64,000 nucleotides of DNA from Ignavibacteriales bacterium (GTDB lineage: Bacteria > Bacteroidota > Ignavibacteria > Ignavibacteriales > Melioribacteraceae): the NCBI GenBank assembly GCA_026390795.1, contig JAPLFG010000005.1, positions 98,200 to 162,199 on the forward strand. Direction: 5' to 3'. Below are positions 34,770 to 45,366 of the stretch, in pieces; positions within the stretch are counted from its first letter, which is position 1; every line of letters starts with the position of its first letter. A model generated the notes under the pieces. It saw only the letters and a program-made list of their open reading frames with translations, had not been told where the DNA came from and made no database searches. A program made the translations under genes and the position numbers.

Positions 34770-35896
34770 TCCAAATCCAGCAATCTTTTTCTAGATTTTT
34801 TGTATTCTTCTTGCCAATTCAATTCTTGAGCGGCAATAAGACAATTTTTTCTGTATGAGTCCAATAGCTCCGGACTTTCGCTCCATCGCCTCAGAATTAG
34901 ATAAATATTATTTTCATTTTCAGCACTGACACTTTCACCAACATTAAATCCTTCAACAATTTTTTTCATCTGAGGCAAATCACTGCAGAGAACCGGTAAA
35001 CGGGCCATGATATATTCGAATAATTTATTTGGAAGAGCGTGGTAATAACTTATACTAATGTTTTCAATTAATGAAAGCCCGACATCCGCGCCAGCAGTAT
35101 AATTAATTAATTCTTTCTGATTGATCGTACCGGCATAAAAGATTCTCTCTGATATTTTCAACTCATCGGACAATTTTTGAAAATTATTTTTTTGTTCCCC
35201 GTCTCCAAGAATCACTAAAACTGTATTTGGGAGATTAACCATTGCACGCATTATTATCTGCACGCCACGTCCTTCCAATAGAACCCCTTGGTATAGCAAG
35301 ATCAATTTATCAGCCGGGATATTGTAAAGCTTTCTAAAATCAATTTTGTCTGATGGAATTTGAAGCAGTGGAATATTTCTAATTACCAGCGTCTTCTTAA
35401 TTCCATAAAATTTTTCGATGAATGCGGAATCCATTTCGCCCGTAGTTAGAACAAGATCAACTTTTGTAATGAAAAATTTTTCAATCTGTTTAACGATGGC
35501 TTGTAAAAACGGACGGTTTCTCAATCCGCCGATAAAAGCATAAAGTTCGCGGCTGTTATAATAAACTTTCGCCCGTTTCAATTTAGCAATTACGGTAACA
35601 AACGGAAGTGTGTACAAATCTTCTGCAAAATAAAGATCAGCTTTCGTTTTGAATAACTCTCGGATCAAAATCAAAGCAAAACGTAAATAGAAAAATAGAT
35701 TAAACTTTCCTCTGGTGAGCTTGAAAATCTTTAATTCATTACCGGAAAATTTCTCAGCCGGATTAAGCCAATCAAATGAAATTATTGAAACTTTGTAGCC
35801 GTCTTCTTTGAGTGAATTGGCAAGATTTGTAATGCGGGAATCGTGTTGAGCATTACCAAGGAAAGCAATACAAATTTTCTTTTGCTGATTCATCAT
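34766..35896 (-). CDS. glycosyltransferase family 4 (GT-B fold)
   Basis: 376 aa. C-terminal E-x7-E-like region (LPNKLFEYIMARLPVL). 4-nt overlap with the GT9 gene. Confidence 0.7.
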   Translation of the reverse strand: MMNQQKKICIAFLGNAQHDSRITNLANSLKEDGYKVSIISFDWLNPAEKFSGNELKIFKLTRGKFNLFFYLRFALILIRELFKTKADLYFAEDLYTLPFVTVIAKLKRAKVYYNSRELYAFIGGLRNRPFLQAIVKQIEKFFITKVDLVLTTGEMDSAFIEKFYGIKKTLVIRNIPLLQIPSDKIDFRKLYNIPADKLILLYQGVLLEGRGVQIIMRAMVNLPNTVLVILGDGEQKNNFQKLSDELKISERIFYAGTINQKELINYTAGADVGLSLIENISISYYHALPNKLFEYIMARLPVLCSDLPQMKKIVEGFNVGESVSAENENNIYLILRRWSESPELLDSYRKNCLIAAQELNWQEEYKKSRKRLLDLD

Positions 35897-35906
35897 TTAA
35901 TGAGAA

Positions 35907-36866
35907 TCATAATTTTATGTGAAAAGTATTTCTCATAATTGTCTTCGCATCAAATTTCTCTTTGAACTCGATCAAACTCATGCTAGGAGTCATAGGATTT
36001 ACAGCTTTAGTGTCTTGAGAAACACCAATATCAACGTAAGCGTAACCATTTTCTGTGGAGTATTTTAAAACTTCGTACATCACGCGCTGAATCGGTTTAT
36101 GATCGGCGTAATCATATTTCAGCATATTATAAAAACAGAGTGCAACATTTTTGTTCACAAAAAACATTGATGAACCGGCAATTGGAACATCGCCAAGATA
36201 AATCATAAACAATTTTAAATTATCCGGCATCAGTTCTTTTAAACGAAGCAAGTCTTCATAAGAGTGAGTCGGTTTAACATTATGACGAGCTTTATTTTCA
36301 AGAAGTATCGGGTAAAACTCATCGTAACGTTCGTTGATCTCAACACGAATATCAGAATTTTTTAACGACTTGCGTACATTGCGGCGGATAGTCGGTGAAC
36401 AGCGTTCAAGTATATCTCTCTCCTTATCAAGTTTGATTGCGCTGGAGATATAGTGCAGCTTGAAAGAAAACCCTTGCCACAACATTGCGAAATCGAGATT
36501 CTGATTTTGATAAGTCTCATAAACCATCGGAGCCGGCGTCAATTCAAATTCATTGATTCCGTTTTGCCTGCCGTAATCAAGAAGAGTAGAAACAAGTTCC
36601 ATTGCTTCGGCAAATTTAATATCTCCGGTTACAATCGAACCGTAGCTTGCGCCAACGGGTGATTCAAAAAGTCCGTTTGTAAGTCTGCCCGGTAGCAGCG
36701 CTTTAATTTTATTTTTCTCAATAAACATCAAATGATCGAATCTGAATTTTCCGGGTGTGTGATAATCAAAAAATTTTTGAAGGTGAAACATTGTGCCGTT
36801 GTTTGATTGAAGAACAAAGCGGTCCCATTTTTCTCTCCAATCGTCAGAGTATTTGATTACTTCCAT
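35907..36866 (-). CDS. FemAB/GNAT-like acyltransferase family protein (tentative)
   Basis: 319 aa. Two-lobed FemAB-like length and its location in a glycosyltransferase cluster. Motif-level support is weak. Confidence 0.45.
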   Translation of the reverse strand: MEVIKYSDDWREKWDRFVLQSNNGTMFHLQKFFDYHTPGKFRFDHLMFIEKNKIKALLPGRLTNGLFESPVGASYGSIVTGDIKFAEAMELVSTLLDYGRQNGINEFELTPAPMVYETYQNQNLDFAMLWQGFSFKLHYISSAIKLDKERDILERCSPTIRRNVRKSLKNSDIRVEINERYDEFYPILLENKARHNVKPTHSYEDLLRLKELMPDNLKLFMIYLGDVPIAGSSMFFVNKNVALCFYNMLKYDYADHKPIQRVMYEVLKYSTENGYAYVDIGVSQDTKAVNPMTPSMSLIEFKEKFDAKTIMRNTFHIKL

Positions 36867-36971
36867 TTCAATCCACGATAAAGTTTATCAAAAAAGGTTG
36901 GGTAAAAATAAACAATTTGAAGTTAACTGCTAACCGAAGAAGAGTCTGAAATTTATAATTTGATTTCAATT

Positions 36972-37868
36972 CTATTCAAAAGTATAAGTGAATGAGATAA
37001 TGTGCGAATCGCCAAGACCATATTTAACAGGAACATATGCATAATCAAGATTGATCCCTTTCCAGTTCACTCCGAATCCGGCAGAAAGATTTTTGGTATC
37101 ATATCCGCTGGCATAACCAAAACGAAGAGATAATAATTTGTCATAAACCGCTTCTCCGCCAATGTGAATGTGTGAATCATCTTGTAATGTATATTTTTGA
37201 AATCCGGCAAGAGCGGTAAAATTTAATTTCGAATTTTGTAATGAGAAATTATACGCAGTACCGATACGGAAATCCGTCGGCAGTTTTGTTGATTCACTGC
37301 GAAGTTCATTCATTGATCCTAAATTGCGGATAGCAGCACCAAAAGTTAGTCCGGCTATATTACTCTGATAATTTATACCGAAATCCAAACCATATCCTGA
37401 TGCATCATCTGAAAACATATTTTCATAAATGTATTTATAAGTAGCTCCAAAATAAATTTTTTCAAAGAGATGAAAAGCTGTTGAGATACTTCCGTTAAAA
37501 TAATGTGCGTTAAATTTTGATTGCACTTCGCCGGGTATTGTACGGATCTCAATATCTGCTATGTTTGTTGTGTTCACTCCAACTGCAATTGGTACACCGA
37601 ACGCTTTAAAACTTCCGGCGAACATTTCGGAATTCAAATCTTGCAAAAGTGAGTTGTGAGTAAATGATAACTGAGTTTTATTGTTCACAGCTAGAATTGA
37701 AGGGTTGTAATTCAATGCCGATAAATCGTTGACACCGACAACTCCAAGATCACTCATTGCCACATTACGTGCACCGAATCCAAATTTTAGAAATGATAAA
37801 CCGGAATTGCCGGCTGACTGCGCTGACAATGTAGCACTCATCATAAATATGAATAAAATTTTTTTCAT
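36972..37868 (-). CDS. PorV/PorQ-family T9SS-associated outer-membrane beta-barrel
   Basis: 298 aa. Signal peptide, then GLSFLKFGFGARNVAMSDLGVVG. Alternating beta-strand pattern with C-terminal ...FTYTFE. Confidence 0.6.
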   Translation of the reverse strand: MKKILFIFMMSATLSAQSAGNSGLSFLKFGFGARNVAMSDLGVVGVNDLSALNYNPSILAVNNKTQLSFTHNSLLQDLNSEMFAGSFKAFGVPIAVGVNTTNIADIEIRTIPGEVQSKFNAHYFNGSISTAFHLFEKIYFGATYKYIYENMFSDDASGYGLDFGINYQSNIAGLTFGAAIRNLGSMNELRSESTKLPTDFRIGTAYNFSLQNSKLNFTALAGFQKYTLQDDSHIHIGGEAVYDKLLSLRFGYASGYDTKNLSAGFGVNWKGINLDYAYVPVKYGLGDSHIISFTYTFE

Positions 37869-37880
37869 TTTTCTTTCTTT

Positions 37881-38879
37881 TTAGAAATTAACGTTTATAC
37901 CAATTATGTGCTGGCTGCCGGATGAATACGGTTCGATGACAAAAGCATAATCAATACCAATTTTCAGAGAATTTAACAAATGGAAATATGAGAACCCGAA
38001 TGTTGGCCGAGCCGGAAAATCAGAATTGCTCAGATTTAATTTATCAAGACCGGCACGTAAAAATAAATTTTCGTAAATATTATATTCACCGCCGGCACGT
38101 ATAATATTTGTGCCGCCGTTGCTGCTTTCGAATTCAACGGCTGCAATAATTTTTGGTTCATCAAATTTATAAGAGAATCCGATTTTCTTCAGCAGAGGAA
38201 ATTTATTTTTAGTGACGCTACCGCTTGTTCCATAAATTTTACCGGAATCCCATTCATACTTGCTGTTTATATCTGAAAGCATAAATGATAATGTCATTTT
38301 TTCGCTCAAAGAATAGAGCGCGCCTAAATCAAAGCCCAATCCTGATGAAGTTAAATTTTCATACAATTTATAATAGTAGAATTTGAATGCAATACCGATC
38401 GATAATTTTTCAGAAAACCGATTTGCTACTGCAATAAAAAATTGATTCTCACTTGTTGAAATGTCTCCGGTTTTTCTCCCTTCACTATCACGGGCATCAA
38501 TATTAGAGACACCGGCATTTATTAATCCAATACTTATTCCAGCTACGGATCTTGGTTTAATATTTCCATCAGCATCTTGCTTCTTGCCGAGTTCAAATCT
38601 ACGTGTAAAATTTAGAAAGTTGAGTGAACGGTCCAGAGACAAAATTGAATAAGAAGTTTGAAAAGAATTTCCCTGTTGAAACGACGCAAGAGCTGGATTA
38701 TAGTAAGAGACAAGGTTTCCGTCTTTCACGGCAGACATTGCGTTTCCCATTCCCATACCACGTGCGCCAAAACCCATTCTGCTGAAAGCGCCCGGCATGC
38801 TGCTGATATCGGAAACAGTTGATTGCGCAGAGATAAGAGAAGAAATAAAAATTATTTGGAGAATTATCTTTTTCATCAT
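37881..38879 (-). CDS. PorV/PorQ-family T9SS-associated outer-membrane beta-barrel (paralog)
   Basis: 332 aa. GAFSRMGFGARGMGMGNAMSAV N-terminal motif. C-terminal ...IGINVNF. Confidence 0.6.
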   Translation of the reverse strand: MMKKIILQIIFISSLISAQSTVSDISSMPGAFSRMGFGARGMGMGNAMSAVKDGNLVSYYNPALASFQQGNSFQTSYSILSLDRSLNFLNFTRRFELGKKQDADGNIKPRSVAGISIGLINAGVSNIDARDSEGRKTGDISTSENQFFIAVANRFSEKLSIGIAFKFYYYKLYENLTSSGLGFDLGALYSLSEKMTLSFMLSDINSKYEWDSGKIYGTSGSVTKNKFPLLKKIGFSYKFDEPKIIAAVEFESSNGGTNIIRAGGEYNIYENLFLRAGLDKLNLSNSDFPARPTFGFSYFHLLNSLKIGIDYAFVIEPYSSGSQHIIGINVNF

Positions 38880-40477
38880 TACATGATCACCATAATTTTT
38901 CCAAATAAAGGTTCACCCGAACCAAAATCAATGCGGTAGAAATAAACTCCGTTCGGAACAATTCTGCCGCTCTCATCTCTTCCGTCCCAAAGATCAAGCT
39001 GTTCGCTATTCGGAATACGCGACGCATTTTGAATAACAGTTCTAACCAGATTCATTCCAAAATCTAAAATTCTGATTGTGACAGTTGATGATCCGGCAGT
39101 AGAATATTTTAGTTTCACCTGCTCTGAGTTTGGTGAGAAAGGATTTGGGAATGCGTATGACTCGGTAGCAGAACTCAGCTTTTCCGAAGCTAAAAAAACT
39201 TTCCACGTGCCGTTCCATGCACCTGTTACCTGATCTGATTCATTTAAGCGTGCAAGACCATTATTCGAACCAAGCCAGATATCGCTTGTATTATCACTTT
39301 TGTTATTAACCTTAACAGAAAGAAAATGTTTTGTGTTGATATTGACTGATGAATTATCATCTTTTATTTCTGGTGCAGAGATCCAAGTTGTGCCGTTATT
39401 ACTGCTCCTGTAAACACCGCTCTCAGTTGCGGTAAAAATATTAGCAGATGAATAATTCCCCAATGGACCAAAATATTTGAAACCAAAATCGTGAACTCTT
39501 TCACCGCTTAAATAATTTTCCCAACTCAGTCCGCCGTCTCTGGAAACACTAGCTCCCCAGAATTCCGACTGCCCTTCTGCTTTCCAAGTTCCCGCCCATA
39601 TCGAATTATCAAAATCATTTTTCTCAAGGGCTAAAATAAAATTTCCGCTTATCGGTTTAGACTGATTTGTGTTATTGAATTTTGTCCAACTTGGAAACTC
39701 GCTACCTGCATCTGTTGTTTTATTTATTCCTCCAGCAGTACCTACATAAATTGTATTATCATCTATAGCTAGAATCGAAAACGCTCTATGATTCAAATTA
39801 TTTTGAAATCCCAAAGCGCCGGAGGAAGGAGAAAGATCAAATTTTAAAACATCCGTTGGTTTAATCGAATTAAGATTATCGGGAGGAAGTACTACACGTC
39901 GCCATGTTCTACCAAGATCAGTAGATTTCCTTAGCCCACCGTAATAAGAGACAATCCAAATTGCATTTTTTGTAAACGCTATATCATAGATGAAATTGCC
40001 CGGGCGAACGGTTATCGGAAGGGCTCGAAGTTTATTATTCCCATAGTAAATTGTTGAATCACTATTAGCATCAACCGGTTGAGTAACTTCATGCCAGTTT
40101 GAGCCTGAATCCGTGGAATATCTTAATCCCGTTCCAACCGGAGTATCCGAACCAAGCAAGTTTTCCATGTGCCATGTTGCCGCCCAGATAACACCGTTAT
40201 TATATCCAACAGCAGATACACTTTCTGTCCCGAATACTGTGTTCCCATAGTTTATCCAGCTCACTCCATTGTCCGTTGATTTGCTGAGCCCATCAGATGT
40301 TGCAAGCAAAATCATATTATCATTTATTAAAATTCTCTCTATCGTATTACTTGCCGGATTTTGATCGTTAGTTTTTAATAACCGCTTAGCTCCAAGATCA
40401 TACTCTGAAGGAATCTGCTGAGCAAACAATTCAACTGAAACAAATAGAACAAAAAATATGTGGAATAATTTCTTCAT
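38879..40477 (-). CDS. BNR/Asp-box repeat (Ycf48/sialidase-like beta-propeller) protein with T9SS C-terminal domain
   Basis: 532 aa. Repeated S-x-D-x-G-x-x-W boxes (KSTDNGVSW, YSTDSGSNW, KSTDLGRTW, VSRDGGLSW, RSSNNGTTW). C-terminus is FPNPFSPNSE...GVYFYRI. Confidence 0.8.
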   Translation of the reverse strand: MKKLFHIFFVLFVSVELFAQQIPSEYDLGAKRLLKTNDQNPASNTIERILINDNMILLATSDGLSKSTDNGVSWINYGNTVFGTESVSAVGYNNGVIWAATWHMENLLGSDTPVGTGLRYSTDSGSNWHEVTQPVDANSDSTIYYGNNKLRALPITVRPGNFIYDIAFTKNAIWIVSYYGGLRKSTDLGRTWRRVVLPPDNLNSIKPTDVLKFDLSPSSGALGFQNNLNHRAFSILAIDDNTIYVGTAGGINKTTDAGSEFPSWTKFNNTNQSKPISGNFILALEKNDFDNSIWAGTWKAEGQSEFWGASVSRDGGLSWENYLSGERVHDFGFKYFGPLGNYSSANIFTATESGVYRSSNNGTTWISAPEIKDDNSSVNINTKHFLSVKVNNKSDNTSDIWLGSNNGLARLNESDQVTGAWNGTWKVFLASEKLSSATESYAFPNPFSPNSEQVKLKYSTAGSSTVTIRILDFGMNLVRTVIQNASRIPNSEQLDLWDGRDESGRIVPNGVYFYRIDFGSGEPLFGKIMVIM

Positions 40478-41310
40478 TAATTAACCGGTAAATTATGTGA
40501 GATTGGATCACTGAATTTTCCACCACGGTCTCTTGCTTGTAATTCGAAGCGCCAAGTTCCTATAGGCTGACCTGATGGAAATGTTAGAACGGCTGAATAA
40601 ATTCTATCCTGAGCTGTAATATCTCCATGTACAGAAGTATTCCCATCATCAAATAACAAAAACTTTGAAATTCCTTGACTGTTGATAACCAATGTACCAT
40701 TTGGACGATATAGTTTATAATAGACGGAATCAATATCGCTCTGACCATTTGGATCAACTGCTTTCACAGAGAACGTGAACTGTTGATCAATATTAACTGT
40801 AAACGGAAAATTTTCATTTGAAATAACAGGGGGCAGATTATTTTGTCCATTGTTAAAAGTGAAGATATGCACTCCGGCTTTAACTAAATTTTCCGGAGCT
40901 TGACGGATATTATCCTCAATAAAATATTCGATCTGATAGTTACCGTTTGGATTTAATTTCCCCATAACAAATTTGGCAGCATAAATTCCATCACCTTTAA
41001 TCTGATCACCATTAAATGCGAGGTTTCCATTGTCATACATTGTGGCCTGATCTATTACCGTAAGAGTTCCATCAATGGAGCTCACCTTGCACCATACATT
41101 AGAAACTGTTTCGTAATTCGCAACTTGAATGGATGTTACAATTGCAGAATCAGTTTGTGAATATGTAAAACCAGCCGGGGCTGTGATGGAAACAATATTA
41201 TATTCAACTGTACTTACGTCAACAACTCCATCCGGAATTTTAGTACACGATAAGAGCAAAAAACCAATTAATGAAGAATAAATAAGATTATTATTGAAGA
41301 TTTTTTTCAT
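40477..41310 (-). CDS. lipoprotein, hypothetical (Ig-like beta-rich)
   Basis: ATG at 41310 gives MKKIFNNNLIYSSLIGFLLLSC (lipobox). The track ORF extends to 41385. 1-nt overlap with the downstream cargo gene. Confidence 0.5.
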   Translation of the reverse strand: MKKIFNNNLIYSSLIGFLLLSCTKIPDGVVDVSTVEYNIVSITAPAGFTYSQTDSAIVTSIQVANYETVSNVWCKVSSIDGTLTVIDQATMYDNGNLAFNGDQIKGDGIYAAKFVMGKLNPNGNYQIEYFIEDNIRQAPENLVKAGVHIFTFNNGQNNLPPVISNENFPFTVNIDQQFTFSVKAVDPNGQSDIDSVYYKLYRPNGTLVINSQGISKFLLFDDGNTSVHGDITAQDRIYSAVLTFPSGQPIGTWRFELQARDRGGKFSDPISHNLPVN

Positions 41311-41520
41311 GGTAGATAAAATACTAATGGAATGATTGCCCGGTCTGTTCAATGTAGTTTTGATATGAATCGGAAAAAAGGACATAATAGAAAATTGCCA
41401 ACTTTGTTGTAAAATATCGTAAAATTAAACCGTAGCAAAATTTTCTATAATCTTTCCCATTTTCTTGGTGTTAAATTAAAAGATGTTTGCATACATAGTC
41501 AAGTCAATTTTAATAACATG

Positions 41521-42516
41521 TCAAAGTGAAAAAATAAAAGGAGTAGGTGAAAATGATATTATAAAAATCAGAATAGACAAATAGCCAACTATTTTTCTTC
41601 CCGTACTTAATTCTTCAAAATGATTTACGGGCGGATGTTTTATTTTTATGAAAAAGTAAAGAATGATTGCCCAGAATAACCATCCGCTCCATCCAAAATG
41701 AACTTCTAAATTTATAAACGATTCTAAGAGACCCAAAACTCCTAAGAGTACCAAAATGATCATCGATATGCTGGCGATCGCTTCATGTTTTTTGCTGTTA
41801 AACATGCTGTAAATAATATGTCCCCCGTCAAGCTGCCCAACGGGAATTAAATTCATGGCAGTTACAAATAGACCAAACCATCCAACGCATAAATATGGGT
41901 AGTGGTAAACCTCGCTCATGGGAGGAATAAACTGTGAGGGATTTGTAAAAATATTTTTAAGTAAAGCAAAGAGAATCGAATTGCCAAATTCTAATCCGAT
42001 TTCACCTTTTCCATATAGAGGTGAAAAATAATCAGGATGAATTTTCAGAAGAAATTCTTGTCCGGGAAGGTGTGTGAATCCGTATATCAAAACAATTACG
42101 CACGCAATGAAGCCGCTGATTGGACCCGCAGCTCCAATATCAAACATTGCTTTATTGTTGGGAATTTCTGATTTGGTTTTAATAACTGCACCCATTGTTC
42201 CAAAGTTTCCAAGTCCACCAATAGGCGGAAGCGGTATAAAGAATGGAAGAGTCGCTTTTACTTTATGAATTAATGCCGCAAAGAAATGACCGAATTCGTG
42301 AACACCTAAAATAAAAAGGATCGAAAGAGCATACGGCAACCCACGATACAAATCTTCCAATTGATATGGCCCTATTTTTCCAGTAGTCCATTCTATACCG
42401 GCTATTAAGGTTGTTATGAACGTAACAATGAAGAGCACAATATGAAGTAGATAATTGTGCTTAAATTTTTTTTTTGAGGTTGCCGGTGTGTAAGTATCGA
42501 ATTTATCTTCAGGCAT
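41521..42516 (-). CDS. M50-family site-2 metalloprotease
   Basis: 331 aa, polytopic, with HEFGHFFAA (HExxH inside a TM helix). Confidence 0.8.
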   Translation of the reverse strand: MPEDKFDTYTPATSKKKFKHNYLLHIVLFIVTFITTLIAGIEWTTGKIGPYQLEDLYRGLPYALSILFILGVHEFGHFFAALIHKVKATLPFFIPLPPIGGLGNFGTMGAVIKTKSEIPNNKAMFDIGAAGPISGFIACVIVLIYGFTHLPGQEFLLKIHPDYFSPLYGKGEIGLEFGNSILFALLKNIFTNPSQFIPPMSEVYHYPYLCVGWFGLFVTAMNLIPVGQLDGGHIIYSMFNSKKHEAIASISMIILVLLGVLGLLESFINLEVHFGWSGWLFWAIILYFFIKIKHPPVNHFEELSTGRKIVGYLSILIFIISFSPTPFIFSL

Positions 42517-42517
42517 T

Positions 42518-43348
42518 TTATAGATCCAGATTTAAACCGAGAGATGAGTATTCTCGTCTTAGATTGTAATATTCTCCGTTAATATCATAACCTTTGTAAT
42601 ATTGATAATACAATCTCAATCCCCTACCATCAATCTTCCCAAATTTAAGACCAATATTTAGTGCAAAGTTTCTGCTGTTATCGTTTGTTCTCAGTTTACC
42701 ATCCGCGGCGACATACGGTGATAAATTATAACTTATCAAATCTTTCATAAAATACTCAAGACCTGTTTGTAAAGTAGCTCTACCAATTCCCGCCGGATCA
42801 ACATGGAAAAGATATGTTCCGCCGACATAAATTTTCAGATTATAAAATTCATAAAACCCAAGCATCTCCACAAATTCACGGCTAAAAACTTTAGGGATTA
42901 ACCCATCTTTCCACTCATTTTTAACTCCATCATAATGTCCGTCAACAAAATGAGCACTGATATGGCTCACTCTAATTCTTCCGCCGAAAGAATAATTATG
43001 GACACTTGTTTTGTATCCTAAATTGACTCCAAACATGTAATCAACTGCATCAACCGGAAAATGGAAATTATCTTCCTTCTTCAAGAGAGTCCATGTAAAA
43101 AGATCGGCGCCGAATGAAAAAGTTTCGTAATCATTTTTAATCTGTATAATATCCAACGAATTACCAATGTTAAGCCATAACTGGTTACTATTTAATCTGA
43201 AATCAAAACCGAGTTTTGGCTCCAATTGATTTGCAGTAAATGGATGAATAGAAAGAGAATTTGGAAAATATTCAATCTCGGTTATAGACTGAGCATTAAC
43301 CGAAGAACCAAGAATGTATATGAGATAAATAAATATATATTTTTTCAT
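42518..43348 (-). CDS. hypothetical outer-membrane beta-barrel protein
   Basis: ATG at 43348 gives signal peptide MKKYIFIYLIYILGSSVNAQS. Alternating aromatic beta pattern. Confidence 0.45.
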   Translation of the reverse strand: MKKYIFIYLIYILGSSVNAQSITEIEYFPNSLSIHPFTANQLEPKLGFDFRLNSNQLWLNIGNSLDIIQIKNDYETFSFGADLFTWTLLKKEDNFHFPVDAVDYMFGVNLGYKTSVHNYSFGGRIRVSHISAHFVDGHYDGVKNEWKDGLIPKVFSREFVEMLGFYEFYNLKIYVGGTYLFHVDPAGIGRATLQTGLEYFMKDLISYNLSPYVAADGKLRTNDNSRNFALNIGLKFGKIDGRGLRLYYQYYKGYDINGEYYNLRREYSSLGLNLDL

Positions 43349-43365
43349 AATAGTTTTATCTTCAT

Positions 43366-44457
43366 TTAGAAAGTTCTTCCCTTCCATTTAACTTTTCTAT
43401 TCGGCAGAACAATAAATGGAAGCACAAGAACATATATTATAAAATAGATTTCAAAAGCAATGAAATGTGAAATTTTCATTCTGAGATTCAATTTATTGAA
43501 AACTGGTTTAACAAAAAAATAATCCACACAAATTTTGAAAATTGTTAGATACAGTGCAGGGAGTGAGAAAATAAATGGAAGCAACAAAATTGCAGTATGG
43601 ACAATATATCCCCAGGCCATTACAGAGTAACCAATTAAATCGCTCTTCATTCCACCGACGCCCCAGCGTTTCTTCTGCCAATATAAAGTTTTCCAATCTG
43701 GGCATGCTTTGGAAGTTACCAACGCATTTTTATCAAGGGGATAAATAATTTTGTACTTCTTTAAATTGTGAATTGCCATTAAGAGATTGAAATCTTCGGT
43801 TACGGAAAAAGGCAATCCTTCATACCCACCAATTTCAAGATAGACACTTTTTCTGTATGACATATTATTGCCGATACAGCTTAACGGTTTACCTAGATTG
43901 ATAGCTCCGGCAGCAACTGTAAGAAGATAAACAAAATCAATGGCCTGCATACCGGCAAACGCATTATGATTTTCTTGGGTTGTAAATCCGCCAACAAAGC
44001 CCACATCCTCTTTATAATATGACGCAATTGTTTTTGCCCAATTTGGTGAGACCACACAATCGGCGTCAGTAGTAAGAATTATTTCTCCGGATGAAATTTT
44101 AATTGCGTTTGCAAGAGCGTTCGTCTTTCCTTTCAGTGAACCGATGGAACCTTCTGGAGATATGGACTTAAATTTCTGTTTATCCTTGATAAATGCTGAT
44201 ATTAGTTCACCTGTAGAATCGCTAGAGTGATCATCTACAATGATTATTTCTAGTTTGCCATCCGGATAGACCAAATTGTTCAATGATTCCATACAATCAA
44301 GAATATTATCTTCTTCATCACGGGCGGCTACAATAACAGATATTGCCGGAAGCTGTTCGTCTAAAAGTTGATTGTACCTCTTTCCGGCGCCAATAGTAAA
44401 AATTACAAGCTGGATGAAGTAAAGTGAAACACCAATTAAGAAAATAATTTCGAACAT
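43366..44457 (-). CDS. glycosyltransferase family 2, membrane-bound
   Basis: ISVIVAARDEEDNI and TTDADC (DxD) motifs with C-terminal TM helices. The likely start is MFEIIFLIG at 44457 (the track extends to 44523). Confidence 0.75.
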   Translation of the reverse strand: MFEIIFLIGVSLYFIQLVIFTIGAGKRYNQLLDEQLPAISVIVAARDEEDNILDCMESLNNLVYPDGKLEIIIVDDHSSDSTGELISAFIKDKQKFKSISPEGSIGSLKGKTNALANAIKISSGEIILTTDADCVVSPNWAKTIASYYKEDVGFVGGFTTQENHNAFAGMQAIDFVYLLTVAAGAINLGKPLSCIGNNMSYRKSVYLEIGGYEGLPFSVTEDFNLLMAIHNLKKYKIIYPLDKNALVTSKACPDWKTLYWQKKRWGVGGMKSDLIGYSVMAWGYIVHTAILLLPFIFSLPALYLTIFKICVDYFFVKPVFNKLNLRMKISHFIAFEIYFIIYVLVLPFIVLPNRKVKWKGRTF

Positions 44458-44552
44458 TTTTCTCTGTTTAAATAATAATTTAAAATTGCAGCCATAAGTT
44501 AAAGCGAAAAATTTATATTGCACAAAGAAAATTAATAATTAATGAAAAGTTG

Positions 44553-45341
44553 ATGAGCAATCCGCAACCATTAAAAAGATTTGGGCAGAATTATCTTGTT
44601 GATAAAAATATCATCAAGAAAATTATTTCTGAATTTGCACCCGAGAAGAGCGATGTAGTGGTGGAGATTGGACCGGGTACCGGCTCTCTTACTGCCGAAT
44701 TAAACAATAGAGTAAAAAAACTTTATGCTGTCGAAATAGATAAACGGGTTGTGGAAAGCCTAGCTCTTAGTTATCCGGCGGTTCATGTTATAAATCATGA
44801 TTTCATAAAGTTAGATCTCAACAAATTTTCAAACGAAAAACCGCTCCGAATTATCGGCAATATTCCATACAATATTACTTCTCCAATACTCTTCAAGCTG
44901 ATCGAGAACCGTCCTTTGGTAAAAAATGCAATGTTAATGGTCCAGTTTGAAGTTGCAAAACGGATTACCGCCGAAGAAAAAAGTGACGATTATGGAATAC
45001 TCGGCGTTCTGCTCAATTTTTTTGCTGATACGAAAATATGTTTTAAGATTCCGCCAACAGTATTCTATCCGAAACCAAAAGTTGATTCCGCAATAATTCA
45101 TCTCGATTTTTCAAAACAATTGCCTAACGATCTTGACTTCAAATTGTTTATTCAAGTTGTAAAAGCAGCATTTGGAAATAGACGGAAGAAATTGAAAAAC
45201 TCTCTTGGCAATAGTTCATTTGCAAATATTACGATTGATACGAATGAATTTGACACATCTCGACGTGCAGAAGAATTGACAATTAAAGAATTTGTCGATT
45301 TGACAAGAATCATCCAAAGATTCAAAAATACCGACAGATAG
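44553..45341 (+). CDS. rsmA: 16S rRNA (adenine1518/1519-N6)-dimethyltransferase
   Basis: KRFGQNYLVD, VVEIGPGTGSLT and GNIPYNITSP motifs. Confidence 0.9.
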   Translation: MSNPQPLKRFGQNYLVDKNIIKKIISEFAPEKSDVVVEIGPGTGSLTAELNNRVKKLYAVEIDKRVVESLALSYPAVHVINHDFIKLDLNKFSNEKPLRIIGNIPYNITSPILFKLIENRPLVKNAMLMVQFEVAKRITAEEKSDDYGILGVLLNFFADTKICFKIPPTVFYPKPKVDSAIIHLDFSKQLPNDLDFKLFIQVVKAAFGNRRKKLKNSLGNSSFANITIDTNEFDTSRRAEELTIKEFVDLTRIIQRFKNTDR

Positions 45342-45366
45342 CACAGCTAATATGGTATTACAAACC

